A DNA stretch of 64,000 nt from contig CAUPXM010000004.1 of assembly GCA_963515585.1 (NCBI GenBank), positions 7,259 through 71,258 on the forward strand. The letters are read 5' to 3'. The notes under the pieces were generated by a model. The model saw only the letters and a list, made by a program, of their open reading frames with translations, was not told where the DNA came from and did no database searches. The position numbers and the translations under genes are program-made. This document shows, one piece after another, positions 43,076 to 52,640 of the stretch (position 1 is its first letter; every line of letters begins with the position of its first letter). This DNA comes from an uncultured Campylobacter sp. (GTDB taxonomy: Bacteria; Campylobacterota; Campylobacteria; Campylobacterales; Campylobacteraceae).

Positions 43076-43489
43076 ATGAGAAACTACGAGGTTTTATTCA
43101 TCGTTAAGCCCACGCTTACCGACGATGAAGTTAAAACAAAAGTCGATTTCGTCAAAGAAATCATAACCAAAAACGGCGGAGAGATCGCTTCCGTGATCGA
43201 AATGGGCGCTAGAAAGCTTGCCTATAAGATCGACAAATATGAGCGCGGAGTTTATTTTGTAATCTATTTTAAAGCCGAGCCGAGCTTGATCTCCGAACTT
43301 GTTAGAAATCTGCGCATCACCGAAGATATCATTAGATTTTTGACCGTCAAATATGAGACTAAGCGTGAAATTTCCGCTTGGGACAAGCTAAGCAAAGGCA
43401 TCAAGCTAAGCCCTGCGAAAAAAGAGCGCGAGTCAAAAGCGCCGGTAGAGCCGAAAGAGCCTGAAGAAGCAGCCAAAGAGGGCGAATAA
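43076..43489 (+). CDS. rpsF: 30S ribosomal protein S6
   Basis: [14 protein letters not shown]... with an acidic C-terminal tail. AAGGAG RBS. Confidence 0.95.
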   Translation: MRNYEVLFIVKPTLTDDEVKTKVDFVKEIITKNGGEIASVIEMGARKLAYKIDKYERGVYFVIYFKAEPSLISELVRNLRITEDIIRFLTVKYETKREISAWDKLSKGIKLSPAKKERESKAPVEPKEPEEAAKEGE

Positions 43490-43499
43490 AGGATAAAAT

Positions 43500-44102
43500 A
43501 TGTTTAATAAAGTAGTTTTGGTAGGTAATTTGACCCGAGATATCGAGCTTAGATATCTGCAAACGGGCACCGCCATAGGTAAAACCGGCATCGCCGTCAC
43601 ACGCAGATACAATAGCTCAAACGGCGATAAACGCGAAGAAACGTGCTTTATAGACATAGATTTTTTCGGTCGCACGGCCGAGATCGCAAATCAATACTTG
43701 CGAAAAGGCAGTAAAATTTTGATCGAAGGCCGCTTAAAGCTAGATCAGTGGCAGGATCAAAACGGACAGAACCGAAGCAAGCACTCCATCAGCGTAGATA
43801 CTATGGAGATGCTAGGAAGCAATCAAGGTGGAAGCGGCGGCTATAATCAAGGCGGTAATTACGAGGGCGGCAATTATGGTGGAAACTCCGGCGGCTACGG
43901 CGGAGGAAATTCTAGCTATGGCGGCGGTAGTAATTACGGCGGCGGAAATAGCTATGCTAACAGACAAAACTCAAATTCTAGAGGCGCAAAAAATGATTAC
44001 AACGCGCCTAAACAAAAAGAGCAGAGTTACGAAAGCACGATTCCGGAAGTCGACGTCGATGCCGATAAATACGATGATGGCAACGACACGATCCCATTTT
44101 AA
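43500..44102 (+). CDS. ssb: single-stranded DNA-binding protein
   Basis: OB-fold N-terminus MFNKVVLVGNLTRDIELRY, a Gly-rich linker and the acidic tip DDGNDTIPF. Confidence 0.95.
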   Translation: MFNKVVLVGNLTRDIELRYLQTGTAIGKTGIAVTRRYNSSNGDKREETCFIDIDFFGRTAEIANQYLRKGSKILIEGRLKLDQWQDQNGQNRSKHSISVDTMEMLGSNQGGSGGYNQGGNYEGGNYGGNSGGYGGGNSSYGGGSNYGGGNSYANRQNSNSRGAKNDYNAPKQKEQSYESTIPEVDVDADKYDDGNDTIPF

Positions 44103-44115
44103 TTAAGGAAAAATC

Positions 44116-44376
44116 ATGGCAGATAAGAGAAAATATACTAGGAAGTATTGCAAATTTACGGAAGCAAAGATCGAATTTATCGATTATAAGGACACGGCGC
44201 TGCTAAAGCACTGCCTAAGCGAGCGCTTTAAGATTATGCCGCGTCGCTTAACCGGCACCAGCAAAAAATACCAAGAAATGGTAGAAAAGGCTATCAAGCG
44301 CGCGCGCCAAGCAGCCCTTATACCTTACATCGTCGATCGCAAAGACGTGGTCGTAAATCCATTCGAAAATCTTTAA
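44116..44376 (+). CDS. rpsR: 30S ribosomal protein S18
   Basis: 86 aa. KYCKFT...IDYKD...LTGTSKKYQ motif pattern. Confidence 0.95.
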   Translation: MADKRKYTRKYCKFTEAKIEFIDYKDTALLKHCLSERFKIMPRRLTGTSKKYQEMVEKAIKRARQAALIPYIVDRKDVVVNPFENL

Positions 44377-44404
44377 ATTTTAGCGGCGTAGAGCCGCTAA
44401 AATT
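44376..44404 (+). terminator. hairpin terminator after rpsR
   Basis: 12-bp stem AATTTTAGCGGC / GCCGCTAAAATT with loop GTAGA, starting at the rpsR stop codon. Confidence 0.55.
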
Positions 44405-45126
44405 ACTCTATTTTAAACTCCAATTTTTAAAATTTTATCCGTAAATAGCATTCATAGCAGCTTTTTAAGCGTAGCTACTTTGGGTTTTACGGCTTTATCA
44501 TGCAAGTATGCCGCTAGTTTCGGCGATAGTTTATTTGCGCGCAGCATAGGCCTGTGGGGCTTGCGGCGTATTATAAACCGGAGCGTCAAGCGCAGGCGCG
44601 ACAAACAGAGCGCAATATTGTGCGGTGCGATAAAATTTTATATTCGGCGCAACTTTGTTATCAAACGGATACGACGTGGCGCCTGGCGGTAAATTCGGCA
44701 AAAAACTATGCGAGCGGCGCAGAAATACTCTGGCTCGTCCGCGACCTCGATCGACGAGCTTTATGAGGCGGTCAAGGCTAAAAAAGAGAGCGAAAGATAA
44801 AATTTAAATCGCAAGCCGGGTGCGTCGCACTAAATTCTTAAATTTACTCGCTTTATATACGTCTTATCGGACGCCTCAAAACATATTGCGCCGCTTGTAA
44901 AATTTCTTAAGTTTGCTTGGGGCGTAAATTTTAGAAATGGGACTTGAGCGTTTTTGAGGTAAGCAGACGAAATAAACTTACTTGTGCTCGGACTATGTAA
45001 ATTTAATAAATTTAGCTGCAAGACACGACGGAATTTACGCTGTTTGCGGCTTGCAAGTGGGATAAATTTAAGGGCGCGATCTTTACGGGCAAAATTTTAT
45101 GCGCGACGACTGAGGCGCGCGGTTTT

Positions 45127-45579
45127 CTATAAAAGTTTAAATTTCTTATGCTCAAAGTGGTATTTTTTCTGCGAAATTGCGTTAAATTTAAGGCTATCTA
45201 TCCTGGAGAAGTTAACGGCGTATTCCTTCAAGCAAGCGAGGATGAAAGAGAAGCGGTAATTGCCATTTTCGTAAAATATCTCGCTCGTTATTATTTCGCC
45301 GGGCGCCGCGCCACATCTTTGATCTGAGCTCATAACGCATTTTAGTTCATAATATCCATTTTGCAAATCTCCGATGTAAAATTTCAAATGCAACTTTTCA
45401 TTGATTTGTTTTTTGGGTAGCAATAGCGCATCGTTGAAGTTTATGCCCGCAAAAATTCTTTCTAGCGTATGCATATTTTTATGCAGCCCTGCCAAATACG
45501 CCTCGTATCGCCGCTGCCTTAAGGCATATTCGCTATCGTTTATATTGCCCTTGATCCAATCTAAGTCAAAATATAGCAC
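45127..45579 (-). CDS. hypothetical protein (150 aa)
   Basis: Uninterrupted ORF with ordinary composition, visibly more A+T-rich than its neighbours. No family recognised with confidence. Confidence 0.55.
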   Translation of the reverse strand: MLYFDLDWIKGNINDSEYALRQRRYEAYLAGLHKNMHTLERIFAGINFNDALLLPKKQINEKLHLKFYIGDLQNGYYELKCVMSSDQRCGAAPGEIITSEIFYENGNYRFSFILACLKEYAVNFSRIDSLKFNAISQKKYHFEHKKFKLL

Positions 45580-45618
45580 TTCAATCTCTTAGGTTTTAAA
45601 TTTATCGCTGCCTGATCG

Positions 45619-46656
45619 CTACAGCCCCAAGAAATTCTCATCGTTTTTGATCTTTTCGATGATATCGAGCGTGGCGTAAAACTCGTCGTAGAAATATGGC
45701 ATCTCGAGCTTGAAAAATTTAAAATTTAGCCCCTCCAGCACCTTGAGCGAGTGTTTGTTTTTAAGTAAAAATATAAAAAACACCCCGTCTTTTTCCAGCG
45801 CGTTGAGGTAGTTTATTTCGCTTATATTGGCGCGCAGGATCTCGGCGTCAAGGATGACGACGTCGGCTACGTAGATGAAGTCATTTAGGTGCCTCTTTGC
45901 GCTCTCCCAGTTGGAATTCGGCATCACGTCGCAACCAAGTCCGTTTAAAAAATCTCGCAGCTCCTCGAAGATCGCGCGGTTTTTATGCGTGATGATGACG
46001 TTGTAGTCATATTTTTTGGCGCTAAAGCTCTGCTGCGCGAAGCAGCTAAGCACCGCATCCATTTTGATAAATGTCCCTCGCCCGTCGGCTCCAATACTTG
46101 GATGCGAACCGAGTGCACGTAAATGGGTCTGCGCCGAAGTAAGATACTCATCATCCGTGCTAGCGGCGCTTTCTAGTGCACTTTTAAGCGCATAGGTGCG
46201 CGGATCCTTTAGCTCGCGATCGATACCTACTCGCACGTCGAGCTTGATAGAGCTCATATTCGCTCTAAGTTCCTTGCTACTAAATTCCACGCTTACGCGG
46301 ATTGGCTCAGCGATATTTTGTAGAAAAAACTCGCACGCGTCAAAGACTGCGCTAGTGAGATTTAGCACCTCGCCGCCGTAGATACGCGGTAGCTGCGGTG
46401 GGAAGCTAAGATAGAGGGTGCTATCGTACTTCGTGCACTCCTCAAATAAAATTTCGCTTTGAAATTTTAAAATTTTTAAAATATCGATCTGCGCGATATC
46501 CTCGCGTCTGGGGACGACGGAATTACTTTCTTTGACTTTAGGCGCAGCGGAGAAAATTTTGCCGCTTACGGCGGGCTTTTTAGCAAAAAGTTTTCTTGCC
46601 GCAAAGCCTGCCGTCGCAGCCAATATTGCTAGCGCGCCTAAAACCACGGCTTTCAT
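45619..46656 (-). CDS. membrane-anchored hypothetical protein (345 aa)
   Basis: N-terminal TM/signal anchor MKAVVLGALAILAATAGFAA. 4-nt overlap with the queA stop, so it is co-transcribed. Confidence 0.65.
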   Translation of the reverse strand: MKAVVLGALAILAATAGFAARKLFAKKPAVSGKIFSAAPKVKESNSVVPRREDIAQIDILKILKFQSEILFEECTKYDSTLYLSFPPQLPRIYGGEVLNLTSAVFDACEFFLQNIAEPIRVSVEFSSKELRANMSSIKLDVRVGIDRELKDPRTYALKSALESAASTDDEYLTSAQTHLRALGSHPSIGADGRGTFIKMDAVLSCFAQQSFSAKKYDYNVIITHKNRAIFEELRDFLNGLGCDVMPNSNWESAKRHLNDFIYVADVVILDAEILRANISEINYLNALEKDGVFFIFLLKNKHSLKVLEGLNFKFFKLEMPYFYDEFYATLDIIEKIKNDENFLGL

Positions 46657-47672
46657 AGCACAAGCATCCCATCGCCATAGGAGTAGAAGCGGTATCTTTG
46701 CTCTACTGCGATGCGGTAGAGCTCAAGCGTGCGCTCAAGGCCGATGAAGCTCGCCACGAGCATTATCAGCGTGGATTTGGGCAGGTGAAAGTTCGTAAGC
46801 AGAAAATTTTGTCTTATCGGCGGATTGCCCGGGTGCAAAAACAGCTCGCAGATCCCGCTGCTTTGCCCGTTGCGCGCAAAATTTTCGATCGTTCGCGTAA
46901 CGGTCGTGCCCACGCCTAAAATTTTTCGCTCGCTTTTTAAAATTTGCGCGGTCTGCGGCGGGATGGAATAGAGCTCGCCGTGCATCTTGTGCTCGCGCAG
47001 ATCCGCTACTTCCACGGGCTTGAAGGTGCCCGCGCCCACATGCAGCGTGATGAAGTGGATCTCGTGATTTTTATGCAAATCCGCAATCATCTCGCTATCA
47101 AAGTGCAAGCTCGCGGTGGGTGCGGCGACAGCGCCTTGCTCGCGCGCGAAGATGCTTTGATACCAGCTCGCATCCTCCTTCGTATCGGCGCGCTTGATAT
47201 ACGGCGGCAGCGGCACGTGGCCGATACGTTCGCAAATTTCAAAAACATCGTGGGTGTTTAAAGCTTTGCCGCCCTGCTCAAACTGCACGATGCGAAGCCC
47301 GCCTTCCATCAGCTCGCAAACGCGCGCTTCAAGACCGCTTTGAAATTTTAATTCGCTGCCCGCTTTGACGCTGCCGCGAATATAGGCGCTAAATTTATTG
47401 CCCTCAAGCGGCGAGTTTAGCAGAAGCTCGATCTTGCCGCCGCTATTTTTATGGCCGAAAAGGCGCGCCTTAATTACCTTTGTGTCGTTGAAAATAATAT
47501 CGCAAGGCGGCAGGACGTCCGCTAGATCGCCGAAGTGCGCGTGAATGATCTGCTCTTTGGCGCGGTCATAGATCAGCAGTCGCGCGCTTTGTTTGGGCAT
47601 CAAGGGCGCGCTTGCGATGAGCTCGCTAGGAAGCTCGTAATCGTAGCTGCCAACTGAATTTAGATCCGCCAT
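46653..47672 (-). CDS. queA: S-adenosylmethionine:tRNA ribosyltransferase-isomerase
   Basis: YDYELPSELIA, PLPPYI and LHVGAGTFKPV motifs. Confidence 0.93.
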   Translation of the reverse strand: MADLNSVGSYDYELPSELIASAPLMPKQSARLLIYDRAKEQIIHAHFGDLADVLPPCDIIFNDTKVIKARLFGHKNSGGKIELLLNSPLEGNKFSAYIRGSVKAGSELKFQSGLEARVCELMEGGLRIVQFEQGGKALNTHDVFEICERIGHVPLPPYIKRADTKEDASWYQSIFAREQGAVAAPTASLHFDSEMIADLHKNHEIHFITLHVGAGTFKPVEVADLREHKMHGELYSIPPQTAQILKSERKILGVGTTVTRTIENFARNGQSSGICELFLHPGNPPIRQNFLLTNFHLPKSTLIMLVASFIGLERTLELYRIAVEQRYRFYSYGDGMLVL

Positions 47673-47673
47673 C

Positions 47674-48429
47674 TCACGCCTTCGCTACGTCCGTGGAATT
47701 TTCGCTTTCGTCATCCTCAGGCTTATAAGGATTTATCATTTTGGCGATGAAGATTGAGAGCAGATAAAGCGCAATTAGCGGAGTTGCGAGCATAAACTGA
47801 CTAAGCACGTCCGGCGGCGTCATCACCGCTGCAAAGATGAAAATAATGACGATTGCGTAGCGAAAAAAATCGCTCAGGCTTTTATTTGTTACAAGCCCGA
47901 TCTTAGCGAGGAAAAAGGTTACTACAGGAAGCTCGAAGCTGATGCCGAATGCGACGACGAGCTTAGCGAAAAAGCCTACATATTCGCCGATCGTAGGCAT
48001 CGCAGTAAATTGCTTGGCGCCAAAATTTACCAAGAAATTAAATGCGACGGGGATTACGAAAAAATAGCAAAACGCCGCGCCCAAAAAGAACATAACGCTT
48101 GCGCCGCTAACGAAGGGGATGACGTATTTTTTCTCGTTGTCGTAAAGCCCGGGCGCTATGAAAAGCCACGCCTGCCAGAAAATTATCGGCATCGCTAGAA
48201 GCAGCGAGGTGAAAAACGATACCTTCATCGCAGTAAAAAAGGTCTCGCCAAGCTGGGTAAAGATGATCTCACTGCCTTTAGGAAGCACGCGCACTAGCGG
48301 GCGGGTCATAAAGCCTAAAATATCTTCCCAAAAGCCGAAGCACGCAATAAAAAGGACGATGACGGACAGAACGCAGATAACTAGGCGCTTGCGAAGCTCG
48401 GCTAGATGGGGTTTTAGCTCTTCAAACAT
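47674..48429 (-). CDS. tatC: twin-arginine translocase subunit TatC
   Basis: 251 aa, six TM segments, HLAELRKRL N-terminal motif. Lies downstream of tatB. Confidence 0.92.
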   Translation of the reverse strand: MFEELKPHLAELRKRLVICVLSVIVLFIACFGFWEDILGFMTRPLVRVLPKGSEIIFTQLGETFFTAMKVSFFTSLLLAMPIIFWQAWLFIAPGLYDNEKKYVIPFVSGASVMFFLGAAFCYFFVIPVAFNFLVNFGAKQFTAMPTIGEYVGFFAKLVVAFGISFELPVVTFFLAKIGLVTNKSLSDFFRYAIVIIFIFAAVMTPPDVLSQFMLATPLIALYLLSIFIAKMINPYKPEDDESENSTDVAKA

Positions 48430-48492
48430 TAAATTTCTCTCTCATTATGATTTTTGCGTATCGCTATTTTGCGCAGAATTTTGCATAGAATT

Positions 48493-49164
48493 TTACGCAT
48501 CGCCGTTTAAATTTGCGTTCAAATTTTGCGCGGCGCTTTTCGTTTCGCCGCTCGCATTCGTATTTTGCGCGGAATTTTCTGCGCTGCCCGTGCTCGGCAT
48601 GGAATTTTTGCTTTCGTTTTCGACGTTAGAATTTTTGCTTTTGTCTCCGACTCCGGAATTCATTGCGCCGTCGGCGGAGTCTTGCGTAGAGTTTGCGGCG
48701 CGGGCAGAGCTTTGCGCGGAATTTTCGCCGCTCGAATTTGCTTTTAAATTTGCCGTCTCGCTCTGTTTTTGTGCCGAGACTTTCGCGGAGTTTAACGCGT
48801 CTTTGGCGGCGTCCGAGCTAAGCGTTTCTTTAAGCGAGCTTTCCGCGTCTTTTAACCCCGCATTTAGCGTCTCTTTGACCGAGTCTATGCCGCCTTTTAT
48901 CTCGTCGAGCTCCTCAAACGTGAGCTTTTTGCGCACGCCCTCGCTTGCTTGCGTGATGCTCTCTTTATATTTTTTGGCGTCCTCTTTGAGCTCGGCGATG
49001 CGAAGCTCCTGATCGAAGCTCGATTTTGCGTCGTTGATGGTTTTTTTGATGACTTTGAAGTATTTCGCGAGCTCGACCAGCACTTTCGGGAGCTTTTCGG
49101 GCCCCAGCACGATTATCGCGATGATTAAAATGACCGTAATTTCAGGCATACTGATACCAAACAT
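48493..49164 (-). CDS. tatB: twin-arginine translocase subunit TatB with a long low-complexity C-terminal tail
   Basis: MFGISMPEITVILIIAIIVLGPEKLP (Glu8, TM segment plus amphipathic helix). The tail of about 100 aa at 48496-48792 is made of ENS/KNS/ANS repeats. Confidence 0.85.
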   Translation of the reverse strand: MFGISMPEITVILIIAIIVLGPEKLPKVLVELAKYFKVIKKTINDAKSSFDQELRIAELKEDAKKYKESITQASEGVRKKLTFEELDEIKGGIDSVKETLNAGLKDAESSLKETLSSDAAKDALNSAKVSAQKQSETANLKANSSGENSAQSSARAANSTQDSADGAMNSGVGDKSKNSNVENESKNSMPSTGSAENSAQNTNASGETKSAAQNLNANLNGDA

Positions 49165-49221
49165 AAAATTTCCTAACGTAAAAAGTGGCGTATTGTAACT
49201 AAAATTTCATTAATCTTAAAT

Positions 49222-50295
49222 TTAGCGCCCGCTTTGGCTACTTTGCGTGATAAAAAGCGCGATCTCGTCGGCGAGCAAAAAGTTGGGATTATAAAATTTA
49301 CCCTCGCTGAATTTCAGCTTTTTGGCCTGCACGAGTAGCTGCGCGCTGCTTAGCTCCGCAGCGTCTAAAATTTGCGCTTCAAGTCCCAAAATACAGCGCA
49401 GCCCGAGAAATATGCGCTCAAGCTTTTTGTCCTGCGCGCTTAGAGCTTCGCGCTGTTTTTGCAGCGGGTCTGCGATGTAATCTCGCAAATTTTTAGGCGA
49501 GCTAAGGCGCACCTGCCCGCTAGTTCCGACCGCAAACGCTCCGAATCCGGCGTAATCCTCGCCGCGCCAGTAAGCCAGATTGTGCTTACAGCGCAGTCCG
49601 CGCGCGGCAAAATTTGAAATTTCATACTGACTAAAGCCGCTATCCGCCGCAAGAGCAAAGAGAAGTTTAGCTAGAGCCGCGCTTTCTTTTTTAAAGCTTT
49701 CGCGCCCAAAAAAGGGCGTGTTTTCCTCAAGGCTTAGCGCATAGGCGCTTAGATGCGGCACTTCACAGCGCGCAAACTCGGCCATTTCAAATTTTAAATT
49801 CCTTTTATCGTCAAATTTGCTCGCATAGATTAGGTCTAAGTTTATATTATCAAAGCCCGCCGCTTTAGCATTTTGCACCGCTAGGAAAATCTGCGCCGCA
49901 CTGTGCGCGCGACCGAGGAATTTTAGCTTGGCATCGTTGAAGCTCTGCGCGCCGAAGCTGATGCGATTTACGCCGAGCCCCTGCATCGCGCTAAGCCAAG
50001 CGGGGCTAGCGGAGTTTGGGTTGGCTTCCGAGCTGATTTCGGCTTTGGCGGCGAAATGCGGCGCGAGCAGCGCAAAAATTTCATTATAAAGCCCCGCATC
50101 CACGGCGCTTGGCGTGCCTCCGCCGATGAAAAGCGTCGAAATTTGCGCATGTGGATTTTTCGCCAAAAAGTCGCGCACTTCAAACTCTAGCGCGCGAAAG
50201 TAGCTTTTTGCGAGGCTAAATTTGTCGCTGAAGGAGCCAAAGGCACAATACGGACATTTGGAGGTGCAAAACGGCACGTGGATATAGATGTGCAA
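49222..50295 (-). CDS. hemW: radical SAM heme chaperone HemW (HemN-like, oxygen-independent coproporphyrinogen oxidase family)
   Basis: HVPFCTSKCPYCAF radical-SAM cluster motif. 357 aa, which is HemW size. Confidence 0.85.
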   Translation of the reverse strand: MHIYIHVPFCTSKCPYCAFGSFSDKFSLAKSYFRALEFEVRDFLAKNPHAQISTLFIGGGTPSAVDAGLYNEIFALLAPHFAAKAEISSEANPNSASPAWLSAMQGLGVNRISFGAQSFNDAKLKFLGRAHSAAQIFLAVQNAKAAGFDNINLDLIYASKFDDKRNLKFEMAEFARCEVPHLSAYALSLEENTPFFGRESFKKESAALAKLLFALAADSGFSQYEISNFAARGLRCKHNLAYWRGEDYAGFGAFAVGTSGQVRLSSPKNLRDYIADPLQKQREALSAQDKKLERIFLGLRCILGLEAQILDAAELSSAQLLVQAKKLKFSEGKFYNPNFLLADEIALFITQSSQSGR

Positions 50296-50431
50296 GGTCG
50301 GTCCTATGGGCTAAATTTATGTCACAAAATTTAGCGAATTAATTTGAAAATTTATATAAATTTTAAGCCTCTTAACGCAAATTTTAATATTTTTAGGTAG
50401 AATTTTGAGAAATTTTTTGTGAGAAAACGAG

Positions 50432-50902
50432 ATGGAAAAAGAGAAAAATTACAGACCAAATGTCGCTGCAATCGTGCTTTCGCCATCGTATCCGTTTAAC
50501 TGCGAAATTTTGATTGCGCAACGAAGCGACATCAAAGGCGCTTGGCAGTTTCCTCAAGGCGGTATTGACGACGGTGAGACGCCTACGATGGCTATCCGTA
50601 GAGAGCTAGGCGAGGAGATCGGAACAAGCAAAGTCGATATCATCGCTGAGTGCCCGAAGTGGCTTAGCTACGACTTTCCCGATGGGGTAGCTCAAAAGAT
50701 GCGCCCATACGACGGGCAAATTCAAAGATATTTTTTAGTGCGATTGCGAAATTTGCGTGATCTGAACATCAATACCAAGCTTCCTGAATTCGACGCATTT
50801 AAATTCGTAGGCGCAAATGAGGTTTTAAGGCACGTAAATCACTTCAAAAAGCCGATTTACGCGACGGTTTTAAAATATTTTAAAGAGGAGGGCTACATTT
50901 AA
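50432..50902 (+). CDS. rppH: RNA pyrophosphohydrolase (Nudix)
   Basis: Nudix box GGIDDGETPTMAIRRELGEEIG. 156 aa. Confidence 0.88.
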   Translation: MEKEKNYRPNVAAIVLSPSYPFNCEILIAQRSDIKGAWQFPQGGIDDGETPTMAIRRELGEEIGTSKVDIIAECPKWLSYDFPDGVAQKMRPYDGQIQRYFLVRLRNLRDLNINTKLPEFDAFKFVGANEVLRHVNHFKKPIYATVLKYFKEEGYI

Positions 50903-52107
50903 TGCTAATCGTTCAAAAATACGGCGGCACGAGCGTCGGCACGCTAGAGCGGATCGAGTCGGTCGCACAGCGCGTGATCAAAACCAAAAACGAAGGGCAT
51001 AACGTCGTAGTAATCGTCTCTGCGATGAGCGGCGTTACCAATCAGCTCATCGAGCAGGCGGAATTTTTTACTAAAACTCCCGAAGGCAGGGAGATGGACG
51101 TACTGCTAAGCTCGGGCGAGCGCGTCACGAGCGCGCTTTTGGCTATCGCGCTAAATGCCAAGGGCTATGCTGCGATCGCATTTAGCGGGCGAGGCGCGGG
51201 CATCGTGACGGACGAGTTTCATACCAAAGCTCGCATAGTCTCGATCGATCCTAAAAGCATGCAAGAGGCATTAAAGCAGGGCAAAATCGTCGTCGTCGCG
51301 GGCTTTCAAGGCATCAGCACCGCGGGCGAAGTAACTACGCTCGGACGAGGCGGAAGCGATCTTAGCGCAGTCGCCGTCGCAGGAGCGCTGAATGCCGATC
51401 TGTGCGAAATTTACACCGATGTAGACGGCGTATATACGACCGATCCGCGCATCGAGCCGAAAGCTAAGAAGCTTGATCGCATCAGCTACGACGAGATGCT
51501 TGAGCTTGCGAGCTTGGGGGCGAAGGTTTTGCAAAATCGAAGCGTCGAGCTTGCGAAGAAATTAAACGTAAATTTGGTGACGCGAAGCAGTTTTAACGAT
51601 CATAAAGGAACACTCATAACAGGAGAAGAAAAGATGGAAGATGCAGTAATTAGCGGCATTGCACTGGATAAAAATCAAGCAAGAATTACGATTAGAAACG
51701 TAGAGGACCGCCCCGGCGTCGCGGCTGAAATTTTCTCCGCGCTTGCGGGCAAGGAGATCAACGTCGATATGATCGTGCAAAATATCGGACGAAACGGCGA
51801 GACGAATTTAGGCTTTACTGTGCCGCAAAACGAGCTGGAAACGGCCTATAGGGTAATGAAAGAGGTAAATCCAAATCCGAATTCCATCATCGAATCGGAT
51901 GCCGATATCGTAAAGGTTTCTTTGGTGGGCGTTGGTATGAAAAGCCACAGCGGCATAGCCAGCAAGGCGTTTAAGACGCTTGCGGATGAAGGGATAAATA
52001 TCCAGATGATTTCCACGAGCGAGATTAAAATTTCGATGATCGTAGAGGCTAAATACGGCGAGCTTGCCGTGCGCGCACTGCATAAAGCCTACGATTTGGA
52101 TAAATAA
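50902..52107 (+). CDS. lysC: aspartate kinase
   Basis: VQKYGGTSVG, the amino-acid kinase domain and two C-terminal ACT domains. Confidence 0.95.
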   Translation: MLIVQKYGGTSVGTLERIESVAQRVIKTKNEGHNVVVIVSAMSGVTNQLIEQAEFFTKTPEGREMDVLLSSGERVTSALLAIALNAKGYAAIAFSGRGAGIVTDEFHTKARIVSIDPKSMQEALKQGKIVVVAGFQGISTAGEVTTLGRGGSDLSAVAVAGALNADLCEIYTDVDGVYTTDPRIEPKAKKLDRISYDEMLELASLGAKVLQNRSVELAKKLNVNLVTRSSFNDHKGTLITGEEKMEDAVISGIALDKNQARITIRNVEDRPGVAAEIFSALAGKEINVDMIVQNIGRNGETNLGFTVPQNELETAYRVMKEVNPNPNSIIESDADIVKVSLVGVGMKSHSGIASKAFKTLADEGINIQMISTSEIKISMIVEAKYGELAVRALHKAYDLDK

Positions 52108-52640
52108 TGCAGGATCTGCACACTTGGAGCGTTACGGCGATGCGCTCCGAGCCCGGACTTGAGTGGCTCGAGGATCGCAAGGAGGACTGGACGCCGCTTT
52201 TAGCATCAAAGCTAAAATTCCTCCACGACGGCTTTGCTTTCATCGTCATCTGCGACGATGAGCGAAGCTGGTTTAGCGAATACATCATCAAAAAGATCAA
52301 CTCCTCTACCAACTCCCGCCCGCTGCTGCCGTTTTTTTCGCTGCGCTCGCTTTATCGCGGCGGTGTAAATAGCCTCGAGGACGCGCTGCTGCTAAACGAT
52401 ATGCTAAGCCTCGCGTTTGCCAACGGCTTTATATATTTTTACATCGGCAACGGCAACCATCCGCTAGCCAAGATCGCCAAAAGCCACGAGGACAGCTATC
52501 TGTGGCTCATCGACGAGAGGCTGCAAAACAGCTTTTACATGAGCGAGAGCGATCCGAGCCTGGATCTCAAACTAATCCAGCTTTTTAAAATTTTAGACAA
52601 AAGCATCGACGCCGTGCTTTTTGACGAAGTGGTGCTTTGA
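52107..52640 (+). CDS. hobA: DnaA-binding initiation factor HobA
   Basis: 177 aa. lysC-hobA-holB-folP synteny matches H. pylori HP1229-HP1232. C-terminus DLKLIQLFKILDKSIDAVLFDEVVL parallels the HobA DYKLLQLFKLFENALFSVLYNKVTL (from memory). Confidence 0.75.
   Translation: MQDLHTWSVTAMRSEPGLEWLEDRKEDWTPLLASKLKFLHDGFAFIVICDDERSWFSEYIIKKINSSTNSRPLLPFFSLRSLYRGGVNSLEDALLLNDMLSLAFANGFIYFYIGNGNHPLAKIAKSHEDSYLWLIDERLQNSFYMSESDPSLDLKLIQLFKILDKSIDAVLFDEVVL

Noticed and set aside
44480-45259. Track ORFs 44480..44692, 44554..44766, 44830..45021 and 44984..45259
   Set aside because: They are short, basic and low-complexity, and they overlap each other. A longer minus-strand open frame here has no start codon and contains RGRGRAR.
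48158-49012. 284-aa plus-strand ORF
   Set aside because: It is antisense to tatC/tatB. It stays open only because the repeat-derived TatB tail lacks stops in several frames. The translation is Phe/Cys/Ala/Ser-rich.
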